Virus record (IMG/VR): IMGVR_UViG_3300020192_000009
Location: 1 to 64,000 of that record
DNA length: 64,000 nt
Source of the DNA: a virus
Direction: 5' to 3' (one strand)
The notes beneath the pieces are model-generated. The model was not told the DNA's origin. It was given only the letters and a program-made list of their open reading frames with translations, and made no database searches. Each line of letters opens with the position of its first letter. Within the stretch, counting starts at the first letter, position 1. A program made the translations under genes and the position numbers. Shown one piece after another: positions 19,538 to 28,578 of this stretch.

Positions 19538-20080
19538 TTAGACGCTTACGTCAACGTCTTGGGTTTGCGTAGGTCGAAACACAAGCCCTTGCGCATACGG
19601 CACCTTGGCGCCTTGTTGCAAGGCGCGCATCGCTTGCCCAAAGTATAATCGCGCTTGCTGCCAATCACGGCGGCCCGTGATGATCTCGTGCGCTAGGTTG
19701 ATTGCAAGCAAGTTCATTGCGGGGGAATTGTGCCGGGCGGCTATAACGCCTTGGGTGCGGCGTAACGTCAGCGATCCGTCGAAAGCTGCCAGTTGGTCAT
19801 ATTTGCCAACGACGTTGCCCATGGGGTAGTAAACCGACTGTTCCAGCACATCAAAATGTGGCACCGGAAAGTTGTGCGGTGTTGCCTCCGCAGAAATTGT
19901 GCTTTCATGGAACACGCCGCCTTTGTTAAACCATGTCATGCGGGAAGCCGTGGCTTCGTCCGGCATGCCGTAAACGCGAAACAAATTGCGTGCCAGCATT
20001 TGCGATTCGGGGGCGTAGTTCCGAATGACAGCTTCGAGGTTTTGCGGCAAGGCTGCGGGGTTTTCGTTGTCGGCGAACAT
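19538..20080 (-). CDS. conserved hypothetical protein (YGxPDE / PHxFPxPHxD type)
   Basis: Motif-rich globular sequence; TAGGAT-N5-ATG. Confidence 0.6.
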   Translation of the reverse strand: MFADNENPAALPQNLEAVIRNYAPESQMLARNLFRVYGMPDEATASRMTWFNKGGVFHESTISAEATPHNFPVPHFDVLEQSVYYPMGNVVGKYDQLAAFDGSLTLRRTQGVIAARHNSPAMNLLAINLAHEIITGRRDWQQARLYFGQAMRALQQGAKVPYAQGLVFRPTQTQDVDVSV

Positions 20081-20252
20081 GCCCCATCCTACCCTTAGAA
20101 ATACACCTTGCACAAATGCAAGCCGCTACGGTACAACAAGGCTGTTGCTTGGGGCCCCGGCGGGTACCACAGCGCGCGCTAAGGTCCGCCGGGGCAATTC
20201 TTGCGTAAATGTGTCCCTAAGGGCATCCTGGATGCAGGGGCAATAGGGCAAA

Positions 20253-20519
20253 ATGAGCAAGGTCAGCAAAAAGCAGCGAAAGCGCGTTATTAAGTGCGGC
20301 GCTCATGAACAGCGTTACACCGCTGTGCGCTTGGGGACCAATCGCAAGACCTTTGCAGCTGCCAGCTTTGAGACTGCTATGGATTTTGCACGTCCCGCCA
20401 AAGGCGCAACCGTCGAGGTTTACGCTGTTTGTGCCCGCGATATAACAACAGCGAAACGCAAAGTTGCACGCCAAGACGCACAACTGTTGCGCCATTTCAC
20501 GTTCAAAGGAAAGCGCTAG
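20253..20519 (+). CDS. small basic protein
   Basis: K/R-rich; first of a six-gene tandem cluster. Confidence 0.55.
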   Translation: MSKVSKKQRKRVIKCGAHEQRYTAVRLGTNRKTFAAASFETAMDFARPAKGATVEVYAVCARDITTAKRKVARQDAQLLRHFTFKGKR

Positions 20520-20523
20520 GACT

Positions 20524-20742
20524 ATGCCTGTAAAACGCCTTTATCAAGTTTATGTGTACGAAGGCTCACATTCTGAAATTTACGAAACCAAAAGTCGTAA
20601 AATTGCAAAGCAAGTTTTCAAACGTGTGTGTGCGCGTACAGGGCAGTCTGCAACATTGCTAAGCGGTCGTATCAACGCAGAGATGCGGCTGCAAGCGGTT
20701 TGTGGGTTTGGCGGGGGCAAAGCACCGCGAAAGCTTTGGTAA
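20524..20742 (+). CDS. small basic protein
   Basis: MPVKRLYQV...; operon spacing. Confidence 0.5.
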   Translation: MPVKRLYQVYVYEGSHSEIYETKSRKIAKQVFKRVCARTGQSATLLSGRINAEMRLQAVCGFGGGKAPRKLW

Positions 20743-20746
20743 GTTT

Positions 20747-20941
20747 ATGCAAAAGTGCAACCGAACAGTTCACGCTAAGAAAGTGCAAGCGCTTCGCGCG
20801 CTTCGCAGCAGCGTGCCCAAAGATTTACGGCCTTTGTTTAACCACGTTCTGAAGCTGTCTATTGACAGTGTAAAACACGGTTATTGCCAACGCGCAGGCC
20901 AAGAGCTACGCCACGCGCGTAAACTCACGAAAGCAAAGTAG
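20747..20941 (+). CDS. small basic protein
   Basis: MQKCNRTVHAKK...; operon spacing. Confidence 0.5.
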   Translation: MQKCNRTVHAKKVQALRALRSSVPKDLRPLFNHVLKLSIDSVKHGYCQRAGQELRHARKLTKAK

Positions 20942-20949
20942 GCATTCAC

Positions 20950-21324
20950 ATGGCACGCCAACGCTACGGAGTGGATCGGTACACCAATCCTCTACAGTTT
21001 GATAAGCGTGGGCATCAGATCCTCAAGATTGCCTACGGGGCTGTGCCTAACACAAACAAGATGCGTGGCCCGCATGACGGCTTTTCACCTGTTGTGTGGT
21101 TCAACGGAACACCTCATGACAGTGGTTGGTCGGCGCGGGGGCTGGACCGCGAAACCGCATGTCTTGTTGCCAAAGCGCAGGCCCTTGATGAGGCAGATCA
21201 TTATATCGGCGACTGGGTTATCAAAGTGATTCCAGGTTGTGCACGCGGGACGCAAAAAGATCTCACACACGGGCTTAAACGTGTGAAAGCAAAAACGAAA
21301 GCAAAAACGAAAGCGAAGCGGTAA
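20950..21324 (+). CDS. basic protein
   Basis: C-terminal KAKTKAKTKAKR. Confidence 0.55.
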   Translation: MARQRYGVDRYTNPLQFDKRGHQILKIAYGAVPNTNKMRGPHDGFSPVVWFNGTPHDSGWSARGLDRETACLVAKAQALDEADHYIGDWVIKVIPGCARGTQKDLTHGLKRVKAKTKAKTKAKR

Positions 21325-21326
21325 GT

Positions 21327-21653
21327 ATGGCACGAAAACAAGGCTGTCTTCTGTTACTTAAGCGTTGGGCCAATGAACGCAAAGCATCCGTAAAAGACAT
21401 GGTAAGCGTCAAAGTGCCAAGCTTCATGAAGCATGCACCGGCATCCGAAATGTGCATGCGTTCGCGCTGCGCGGATCGTCGCATTCGCGCATTCGCGATT
21501 GATAAACGACACAACACCGCTGCAATCGCCTTTACCGATGAACGCGGTTGTCATTTCGCGGCTGGCCGCGTTACGGAAGTTTTGTCTGCGGATCTACGGC
21601 AGACTGCCAATCTTGGCGGCGTAAAAAAGTCAGTAAAGAAACGAAAGCGGTAA
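21327..21653 (+). CDS. basic Cys-rich protein
   Basis: Ends in LGGVKKSVKKRKR. Confidence 0.55.
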   Translation: MARKQGCLLLLKRWANERKASVKDMVSVKVPSFMKHAPASEMCMRSRCADRRIRAFAIDKRHNTAAIAFTDERGCHFAAGRVTEVLSADLRQTANLGGVKKSVKKRKR

Positions 21654-21657
21654 TCCA

Positions 21658-21891
21658 ATGGCAAAACGAGTTTGTTTACGGTCGGGATACAAGTATGAAT
21701 TTGAAGGCACACGCAATTGGCGATCTTCTAAATCTGATGCTTGGGAAACCGTTATGGCGAAAACCATGTGCGGCAAGCAAATGGGCTCGCGTCGTATTGA
21801 TGGTAGCGTTGTTGTTGTCGTCAAAGCTCGGGGAAAGTTCTTTGCAGCTTTGCCTCACGCCGTTATCAGCGCCAAGCCTTCGCGGCGCTAG
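21658..21891 (+). CDS. small basic protein
   Basis: Operon spacing; K/R-rich. Confidence 0.55.
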   Translation: MAKRVCLRSGYKYEFEGTRNWRSSKSDAWETVMAKTMCGKQMGSRRIDGSVVVVVKARGKFFAALPHAVISAKPSRR

Positions 21892-21895
21892 CATC

Positions 21896-22486
21896 ATGCT
21901 TTCTGCAGCGCCTAAAATACCTGAAAGCTTCCCGCCGCCACCTAAGCGAATAGTCGCGGCGCTGAAAAAATGGGGTACGGTTTTTGATGTTCCGTGGTCG
22001 TGGCTTGCTGTTGCGAGCTTCATCGAATCCACGCACACCCCAAGCAAAGTCAACCGTACACCAGCGGCAGCGCGCAAGGGTGGCGCTTGGGGTTTACTGC
22101 AGCAGATGGCGGACGAAGCTGATTACAAAACGAACTTGATTCGTAAGTTTTACAGTAAGCCTAACAAAGCTGCAGCGGCGTTTTGGAAGGGAACCACAGC
22201 GCGACATGCGGCGATCAAAGCGGCACTCGCGCATTGGCGTGGCAGCCCTTCGAACCTGCTAAATCTTGACTTAAACGTTATGCTGGCCGCCTGGCAGTTT
22301 GCGCGACTACGCCGGGTATTTGGCAACGATTTCAGCACGGTTATGGCCGCGTACCATCAAGGGGAGGCGGCGGTGCGGCGGCGCATGTCTGCGGGGGAAA
22401 TGCCTGTTGACCCTATGATGCAACCTGCAGGGTACGCGTACGTTGCGAAGGCTTTAGCCGTTCGTAATCAATACGCGACCCTGTAA
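21896..22486 (+). CDS. lytic transglycosylase (SLT-like)
   Basis: FIES catalytic Glu, GAWGLLQ, AAYHQG. Confidence 0.75.
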   Translation: MLSAAPKIPESFPPPPKRIVAALKKWGTVFDVPWSWLAVASFIESTHTPSKVNRTPAAARKGGAWGLLQQMADEADYKTNLIRKFYSKPNKAAAAFWKGTTARHAAIKAALAHWRGSPSNLLNLDLNVMLAAWQFARLRRVFGNDFSTVMAAYHQGEAAVRRRMSAGEMPVDPMMQPAGYAYVAKALAVRNQYATL

Positions 22487-22500
22487 AGGGCCGCGTACGT

Positions 22501-22782
22501 CTAATCACAATTGTCAGCGGCAGTGCAATTGGCGGCCATGGTCACGCAAGTCAAATCCCACGCGACAATCCCGCTGGTTTGCATGTTACCGCACACAGTT
22601 TCGCATGTTGCGCCTGCTGGTGTGGGCTCGCCGCCTGGGCAACGCATGATGCGGAGGCGTTCACAGGCTGTGCCGCATGTGGCAGGCCCGTCGATAGGCG
22701 TTGGGCTTGGGGGTGTTGGTATGGGCTTGGGGCATGCCGTGAAGGCGCACACCACAAAACCAAGAACGATGCGCTTAATCAT
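22501..22782 (-). CDS. Cys-rich lipoprotein
   Basis: Signal peptide with FTAC lipobox, Pro linker, multi-Cys domain. Confidence 0.7.
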   Translation of the reverse strand: MIKRIVLGFVVCAFTACPKPIPTPPSPTPIDGPATCGTACERLRIMRCPGGEPTPAGATCETVCGNMQTSGIVAWDLTCVTMAANCTAADNCD

Positions 22783-23597
22783 TTGTCCACTTTCGTTGTC
22801 TCGTTTTCACTGAAGTTGGGTGCAACATCGACAACCCAGAAGTCGTTGGATCTGTACCATTCTAAATAGTCTGCGGAAAACAGACAGCGCCCGCTATCGC
22901 CCCAATCTGTGCCCCAGCTGTTAACGATGCTGAAATTGTCACCATTGTAGGCGTCAATGCACATGGCATGGCCGCCCATCCAAGTGCCCGCGTCCGGGGG
23001 CCCTAGTGGCACATTAGGCTTGATATGCGAGGATCCGAAGGCTTGGCCTACTGTTGTGCCGAAAACAACTAAATGCTTTTCCGCTATGGCGCGTTTGATA
23101 TCGCGGATCCTCTCACTGCCTGTCGAAGTGATGCGGTAATATTTTGTCGGCGCTAGCTGGTCAAATGCCATGCGAATGGCATTTTTGCTCGGCATTTTGT
23201 TCACCAAGGCTTCGTTATAAGGCCAGAATTGTTCTTGCGGAAAGCCGAACGTGTTCATGGCCTGGAAGAACAAACGAATGTAAGTGCCTTGGTCTTCTTT
23301 TGTTGCCGCGTGGATGGCGCGGGCAAAGAAGTAGCCGAACAGGCGGCTAGCTGTGGCGGCGGTAGCGCCCGCGCGGATTTGGGCGGCACGTATCGCTTGA
23401 AAGCCTGCATTCGCAACGCATGATGAAAGCGCGCCTTGATTGAAAATGCCTGCAACCAAGTGGCTTGCGCTAGCCGCCACGGGGGGTATTGAAGCGCCTA
23501 ACAAGGGTTCGGCATCGTAGTCGGGTTTGTCGCCGATGGCTTTTACGGGGTCAGGGTGCCACCCAAGGTGGTAGACGCGTGCGGAAGTTGTAGGCAT
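22779..23597 (-). CDS. papain-like C1 cysteine peptidase
   Basis: NQG..SC, GGHA, VNSWG catalytic motifs. Confidence 0.9.
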   Translation of the reverse strand: MPTTSARVYHLGWHPDPVKAIGDKPDYDAEPLLGASIPPVAASASHLVAGIFNQGALSSCVANAGFQAIRAAQIRAGATAATASRLFGYFFARAIHAATKEDQGTYIRLFFQAMNTFGFPQEQFWPYNEALVNKMPSKNAIRMAFDQLAPTKYYRITSTGSERIRDIKRAIAEKHLVVFGTTVGQAFGSSHIKPNVPLGPPDAGTWMGGHAMCIDAYNGDNFSIVNSWGTDWGDSGRCLFSADYLEWYRSNDFWVVDVAPNFSENETTKVDK

Positions 23598-23720
23598 GGG
23601 CCCAGCTTAACGCAAGTCGCAAGAGCTTGTCTCGTAATTTGACGAATTCGGGCAGCTTGCGGCAAACTGGTTGTTGACTTCCAAATTTGATTTTGCATCT
23701 CTCATAAAGGATTTTTTGTA

Positions 23721-24083
23721 ATGGCTACAACATTTGAGTCATCTGTCGCAACCCCGAATACGCTGCGTTACCTGGTTAGGGGTGACGGCACACCATCTAA
23801 CGCCGCTCGCACACAAGCACAGGTTGTTGCATCTTGCGCCGCAGGGCCTTTGAAGCAGTTCCTGCAAGGGCTTACAACCGCAAACTTTAACTTGCTAGGC
23901 GCGGGTACGGTTGGCACGCCTTTGCAAGTTAGCGTAGTGAGCATTACAGCCACGGCAAACGTGCCCGCTGGCCCATTTGGCGTAGCATTTGGCGTTGTGT
24001 CCGGCAGCCTCACGGCTTACAGCGGTGCTGTTGTAGGCGATGCAGCAGTGACGCTTCGCTTTATCCAAAGCGACGACCGATAA
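23721..24083 (+). CDS. putative virion protein
   Basis: AAAGGA RBS; own terminator. Confidence 0.5.
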   Translation: MATTFESSVATPNTLRYLVRGDGTPSNAARTQAQVVASCAAGPLKQFLQGLTTANFNLLGAGTVGTPLQVSVVSITATANVPAGPFGVAFGVVSGSLTAYSGAVVGDAAVTLRFIQSDDR

Positions 24084-24142
24084 CACCGATAACACGGCGC
24101 CCATTAGCGGAAGCCTTCACCCCTCACCCCTCACCCCTCACC

Positions 24143-24179
24143 AAAAAGCCCGTGCTTAATTGCGCGGGCTTTTTGTTTT
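24143..24179. terminator. bidirectional terminator
   Basis: AAAAAGCCCG...CGGGCTTTTT between convergent genes, preceded by (TCACCCC)n. Confidence 0.8.
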
Positions 24180-24188
24180 CGCTTACGC

Positions 24189-24632
24189 TTACTTACGTGA
24201 ACTGAGCGTCAACGCCATTGGTTCGGGCACATAGAGCCCGCCAGGTGTGGCGCGCAAACTATCGCCCGTTGTCACGCCCAAAGGGGTCACAAGGACAAGC
24301 AAATCCGCATAGGCTTGGCGAAAGTCGGCAAAAGCGGCATTGACTTGCTCTTGCGTGAGCTTCTCGGTGCCTTGTGTAATGTGCAACGCCGTGTTCAACG
24401 CTTGCTTGGCGCGCGTAAGCGCAGCGATCACTTTGTCTTGCAAAACCGTGTTGGGCTGGACTTTGAAATAAGTGTCAGTGAATTCTTTGATGGCATCGAC
24501 AACCATCAAACCGTCTGTAACAGCGGCGATGATAGCGGGCAGTGTCGCGACAATGGCACCGCAGCCAACAGCCACAGGGCTTAGCAACAGTGCAAAACTC
24601 ACAATTTGTAGGATCCGGGAAAGTTTCGTCAT
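24189..24632 (-). CDS. helical lipoprotein
   Basis: Signal peptide ending in AVGC. Confidence 0.6.
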   Translation of the reverse strand: MTKLSRILQIVSFALLLSPVAVGCGAIVATLPAIIAAVTDGLMVVDAIKEFTDTYFKVQPNTVLQDKVIAALTRAKQALNTALHITQGTEKLTQEQVNAAFADFRQAYADLLVLVTPLGVTTGDSLRATPGGLYVPEPMALTLSSRK

Positions 24633-24734
24633 GGGGCCATGATCGCGCAAGTGGCGCGGAAGGGCAATTTGGCCGTGGGCCGGGCAGGCGTCCCTTATTT
24701 TACAGGTGTTGTAAGGCCGGATAGGCTGTAACAC

Positions 24735-26327
24735 ATGAGTCTTGCCAACATTATTGTCGATTCATTGCGCAATGGCGCTGTAGAGCTTCCCCATGGTGCG
24801 GTTGTTCGCGTGTCCAGCGCAGGCACCGTCGTTGTTGCGCAATCAAATGCCGCCCCCAATTACAAAGGCTTGGTAGGCGTTGCGCGTGCGACAAATGCAA
24901 TCGCTGCCGGTGGTGCCGTTAACGTTGTCAACGCGGGTTTGACCGAAGTTTTGCTTGATGCAAGCCTGGCTCCCGCGCCTGGCGATGATTTGTATTTGTC
25001 AGCGATCACTGCGGGCCGCGCAACAACAACAGTCACGGCTGTCAAAATCGGCGTTGTGCGTTCGGTTGCGCTGTATGCAACGCGGTCGCTTGTGCTCGCA
25101 ACTGTTACAGGTTTCGGTGGGGGTGGCGGTGGCGCACAGGGTTCGCAAGGCTCGCAGGGTTCACAGGGCAATCAGGGCAATCAGGGATCGCAAGGTAATC
25201 AAGGCGTTGGCGGCATAAACGGCACTAACGGCATTAACGGCTCGCAAGGTTCGCAAGGCACAACGGGCACACAAGGCGCAACCGGTGCGCAAGGCACAAC
25301 CGGTACAGGCTCGCAGGGCGCACAGGGTTTACAGGGCTTAGGCGGCGGCGCTCAGGGTTTTCAAGGTGCTACAGGTCCACAGGGTTTTCAGGGCTTAGGC
25401 GGCGGCGCTCAGGGTTTTCAAGGTGCTACAGGCACAATTGGCGTTCAGGGTTTACAGGGTTCGCAAGGTACACAAGGCAGCAATGGCGTAAATGGCACTA
25501 ACGGCATTAACGGCTCACAGGGCTCGCAAGGCGTTGTTGGTGCGCAAGGCACAACGGGCACGCAAGGCACTACAGGTGCACAGGGTGTTGTTGGTGCACA
25601 GGGTGTTGTCGGTGCACAAGGCGCAACAGGTACACAGGGTAGTGTCGGTGTACAAGGCACAACCGGTGCGCAAGGCGTTGTAGGGGCGCAAGGCGTTGTT
25701 GGTGCGCAAGGCGCAACAGGTGCACAAGGCATAACAGGTGCACAAGGCATAACAGGTGCACAAGGTACGGCGGGAAGTCAAGGCGCACAAGGCAGCGGCG
25801 GGATCGCTGTTCTTAGCAGCACAGGCGTACGCGTTGTAAACGCAACAACCAGCGCAGACGAAACGTTACGTACGTACACTGTTCCCGCGAATACATTTAC
25901 AACGAATGGTGACGTGATTCGCATTCAACAAGCAGTGAAATTCATCACTGTTGGCGACGATACACAATCGCTGTTCAAACTGCTTGTCTTTGAATCTGCA
26001 ATAAGCATATTCGGGTGGGATTCATCATTGCCACGAACCCCCGAAGGCAACACAACCCTGCATTGGCCACGTGCTGTAGGCACGTTGCTTGTTACGTTGG
26101 ACATCATACGTATCTCTGCAACAAGTGTGCGCTTTGTATTGGGTGTGCAAAATTCACCAAATCAAGTGGACACTGCCTTTAGTTTTACAGAGACGTTTGT
26201 GGAAACTTCACCTTTTGGGTTCCCTTTCGATTCGACACTTGCACATGAAATTCGTTTGGTAGGCAATGCACCCGTCGCCTCGTATGTTGGCGTGTACCAA
26301 TCGTCAGTAATGCTTATTAAGGCCTAA
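24735..26327 (+). CDS. collagen-like fibre with N-terminal capsid-attachment-like domain
   Basis: About 220 aa of G-X-Y (mostly Gln in Y) repeats; N-domain shared with the fibres at 53752 and 56454. Confidence 0.8.
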   Translation: MSLANIIVDSLRNGAVELPHGAVVRVSSAGTVVVAQSNAAPNYKGLVGVARATNAIAAGGAVNVVNAGLTEVLLDASLAPAPGDDLYLSAITAGRATTTVTAVKIGVVRSVALYATRSLVLATVTGFGGGGGGAQGSQGSQGSQGNQGNQGSQGNQGVGGINGTNGINGSQGSQGTTGTQGATGAQGTTGTGSQGAQGLQGLGGGAQGFQGATGPQGFQGLGGGAQGFQGATGTIGVQGLQGSQGTQGSNGVNGTNGINGSQGSQGVVGAQGTTGTQGTTGAQGVVGAQGVVGAQGATGTQGSVGVQGTTGAQGVVGAQGVVGAQGATGAQGITGAQGITGAQGTAGSQGAQGSGGIAVLSSTGVRVVNATTSADETLRTYTVPANTFTTNGDVIRIQQAVKFITVGDDTQSLFKLLVFESAISIFGWDSSLPRTPEGNTTLHWPRAVGTLLVTLDIIRISATSVRFVLGVQNSPNQVDTAFSFTETFVETSPFGFPFDSTLAHEIRLVGNAPVASYVGVYQSSVMLIKA

Positions 26328-26422
26328 ACCGAAACGCGAAACGGCTAATGTACAACACTGTGCACATTAGCCGTAACCGTGAAACCGTAACCGTGAAACC
26401 ATGCAGCGTAGGCTGCCGCCGT

Positions 26423-26578
26423 TTAGGCTTTGCAGCGATGGAACTGCTTCATGCACGCAGACGACTTGGCCCGGGAACCTTTGCCAGTCATGCATTTGGA
26501 CAACTGAATGCGGCATTTTTTCGGAGCTTTCGCTGAAGATTTTGCCGCGCCTTTAAGACTTCGTTTGCGTTTTGCCAT
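26423..26578 (-). CDS. 51-aa basic Cys-rich protein (not in ORF track)
   Basis: MAKRKRSLKGAAKSSAKAPKKCRIQLSKCMTGKGSRAKSSACMKQFHRCKA. Confidence 0.6.
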   Translation of the reverse strand: MAKRKRSLKGAAKSSAKAPKKCRIQLSKCMTGKGSRAKSSACMKQFHRCKA

Positions 26579-26795
26579 GGTGAGTACAAGCGTAAACGTG
26601 AATACCAGTAACGGTCAAATTATGGGATCCCTTGCAGCGGCTCGGACCTGATACGTAGCCTTAAGCGCCGCCGATACCCCTAAATTGTAGGGGATGCGCT
26701 GCCCTTCTATACTGGGGCAAGCGCGGCATTGCCATTGGCATTGGCATTGGCATTACCATTGACACGACGGGGCCCATATCGCTACGATGCGCGGC

Positions 26796-28100
26796 ATGGG
26801 CTCTACGTTGCCGATTTTTTCGATCATCACACCCACGCATAACACCAAATACTTGGCTGAAGCTTACGCAAGCCTGCAAGCGCAAACGTACACACAATGG
26901 GAATGGGTGGTTGTCTGCAACGGCCCCGAGGCGGCGGCAGTTCGCACGCAGGTCGTAGCGCTTGTAAATGAAGATCCCCGGGTCAAGCTTTGGACCGCTC
27001 CTGAATCTGAAATTCCTGTGGGGACCATTGGCGCCCTAAAGCGCTTTGGCTTTATGCGCGGCATTGGGGATTTCTTGGTCGAATTTGACCACGATGATTT
27101 GCTCGTACCGCATGCGCTGCAGGCGCTTGCTGATGCTGCTGAAGCGGAGCCTGATGCAGGTTTTTTCTTTTCAGACTTTGTTGATTTTGAGGGGCAAACC
27201 TACGGCAATAATTTGAGTGCATGGATTGCTTCGGGCTGGCGCTTTCGCTTTGCTGTGGAAGGCACCCTTGATGCAACGGTTATTGACGTTGGTGAAGTGG
27301 TGCCGTGTATGTTTCCTCCAAGCGCTGCAAGCTTGTCACGCATTTTATGGGCACCGAACCATGTTCGCGTGTGGCGTACAGAGACGTATCACGCGCTTGA
27401 CGGCCACGATGCAGCGCTTAGCGTTTGCGACGATCATGAATTGCTAATACGTACATATCTCGAAACGCGCATGCATCACATTCCGCAAGTGCTTTACAAA
27501 TATCGGGTGCATGCAGCAAATACATGGACTCCGCGCGCGGCTGAAATTGCAAAGCTATCGGCAGACATCGGTGCACGCCATATTGAATCGCTTGTCTTAC
27601 GCGAAGCAAGCTTGACCGGCTTACCTGCTATTGATCTTGGAGCTTCCAAGAGCCCTCGCCTAGGTTGGGTTTCGTGCGATATTCGTGATGATGCCGCCAT
27701 CGTGCATGACTTGCGCGTTACACCGTGGCCCTGGGCCGACAACAGCGTGCAAGCGTTTCGTGCGAATGACCTGCTCGAACACTTGCCTGACAAGCAAGCG
27801 ACAATGAAAGAGATTTGGCGTTGTCTCGCGCCTGGCGGTTGGCTTTTGGCTGAAACACCTAGCACTGATGGTCGCGGCGCTTTCATGGATCCGACACATG
27901 TCAGCTACTGGAATGAGCCTGCTTTTTGGTATTGGATTCGTGACGAACAAGCGCACTTTATCGACAACACCGACATGCGCTTTCAAGTTAGCGAGTTAGG
28001 CACGTACTTTCCTGGCGATTGGCATAAAACGCACAACATTTCGTATGTACGTGCAAGACTTTGGAAACCCGGCAAGGCCTTTCCTCGTGCCACCATCTAG
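26796..28100 (+). CDS. GT2 glycosyltransferase fused to a SAM methyltransferase
   Basis: SIITPTHN, FDHDD; DLG, LLEH, LAPGG, DPTH. Confidence 0.85.
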   Translation: MGSTLPIFSIITPTHNTKYLAEAYASLQAQTYTQWEWVVVCNGPEAAAVRTQVVALVNEDPRVKLWTAPESEIPVGTIGALKRFGFMRGIGDFLVEFDHDDLLVPHALQALADAAEAEPDAGFFFSDFVDFEGQTYGNNLSAWIASGWRFRFAVEGTLDATVIDVGEVVPCMFPPSAASLSRILWAPNHVRVWRTETYHALDGHDAALSVCDDHELLIRTYLETRMHHIPQVLYKYRVHAANTWTPRAAEIAKLSADIGARHIESLVLREASLTGLPAIDLGASKSPRLGWVSCDIRDDAAIVHDLRVTPWPWADNSVQAFRANDLLEHLPDKQATMKEIWRCLAPGGWLLAETPSTDGRGAFMDPTHVSYWNEPAFWYWIRDEQAHFIDNTDMRFQVSELGTYFPGDWHKTHNISYVRARLWKPGKAFPRATI

Positions 28101-28511
28101 CGCCAACGGCAGTAGCCCTAAAGCGGTCAAGCATTTCGCAAGGCATTTACCCGCACCCACGCACCGCCCAAAGGTTGTGCAATATCTTCGCGGCATTGCA
28201 ACCACATGGCGAAACGCAACTTGCGAAGATCCACGTTGGCTAGAGTGGACCGCGCCGCTGTTGGCTTTTTGTACAAATGCCAAAAAGCCGATTGTGTGGG
28301 AAGTGCTCACTGTGTGGTACGTGGCTACGTGGCCGAACTACCCGGCAGAGTTTCTACAGCATCAAATTGCGTATCTGTCTTTGACGGGTCGGTTACGCTA
28401 CGACGCAGTTACCACCAGTTGGCATGCAAGCAACGGCGCGAACGCGCTTGTTGTGCCTGCTAAAAATTATTCTGTGGATAGCTCATCTAGCTGCAACCCA
28501 CAGAACAATCA

Positions 28512-28570
28512 CACGTTTCGACGTGAGTAGTTCACGTTTCGACGTGGGTAGTTCACGTTTCGACGTGGGT
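28512..28570. repeat. three tandem 21-bp units, each with a CACGT-TTCG-ACGTG hairpin
   Basis: Read directly from the sequence. Confidence 0.9.
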
Positions 28571-28578
28571 CGCAGGGC

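Noticed and set aside
21548-21895. N-terminal extension of the SLT ORF
   Set aside because: It overlaps two better-supported operon genes in other frames.
26370-26760. Short tandem repeats (CCGTAACCGTGAAA)x2 and (GGCATT)n; also (TCACCCC)n at 24117 and (ACTTC)n at 48180
   Set aside because: Simple intergenic slippage repeats with no supporting functional context.
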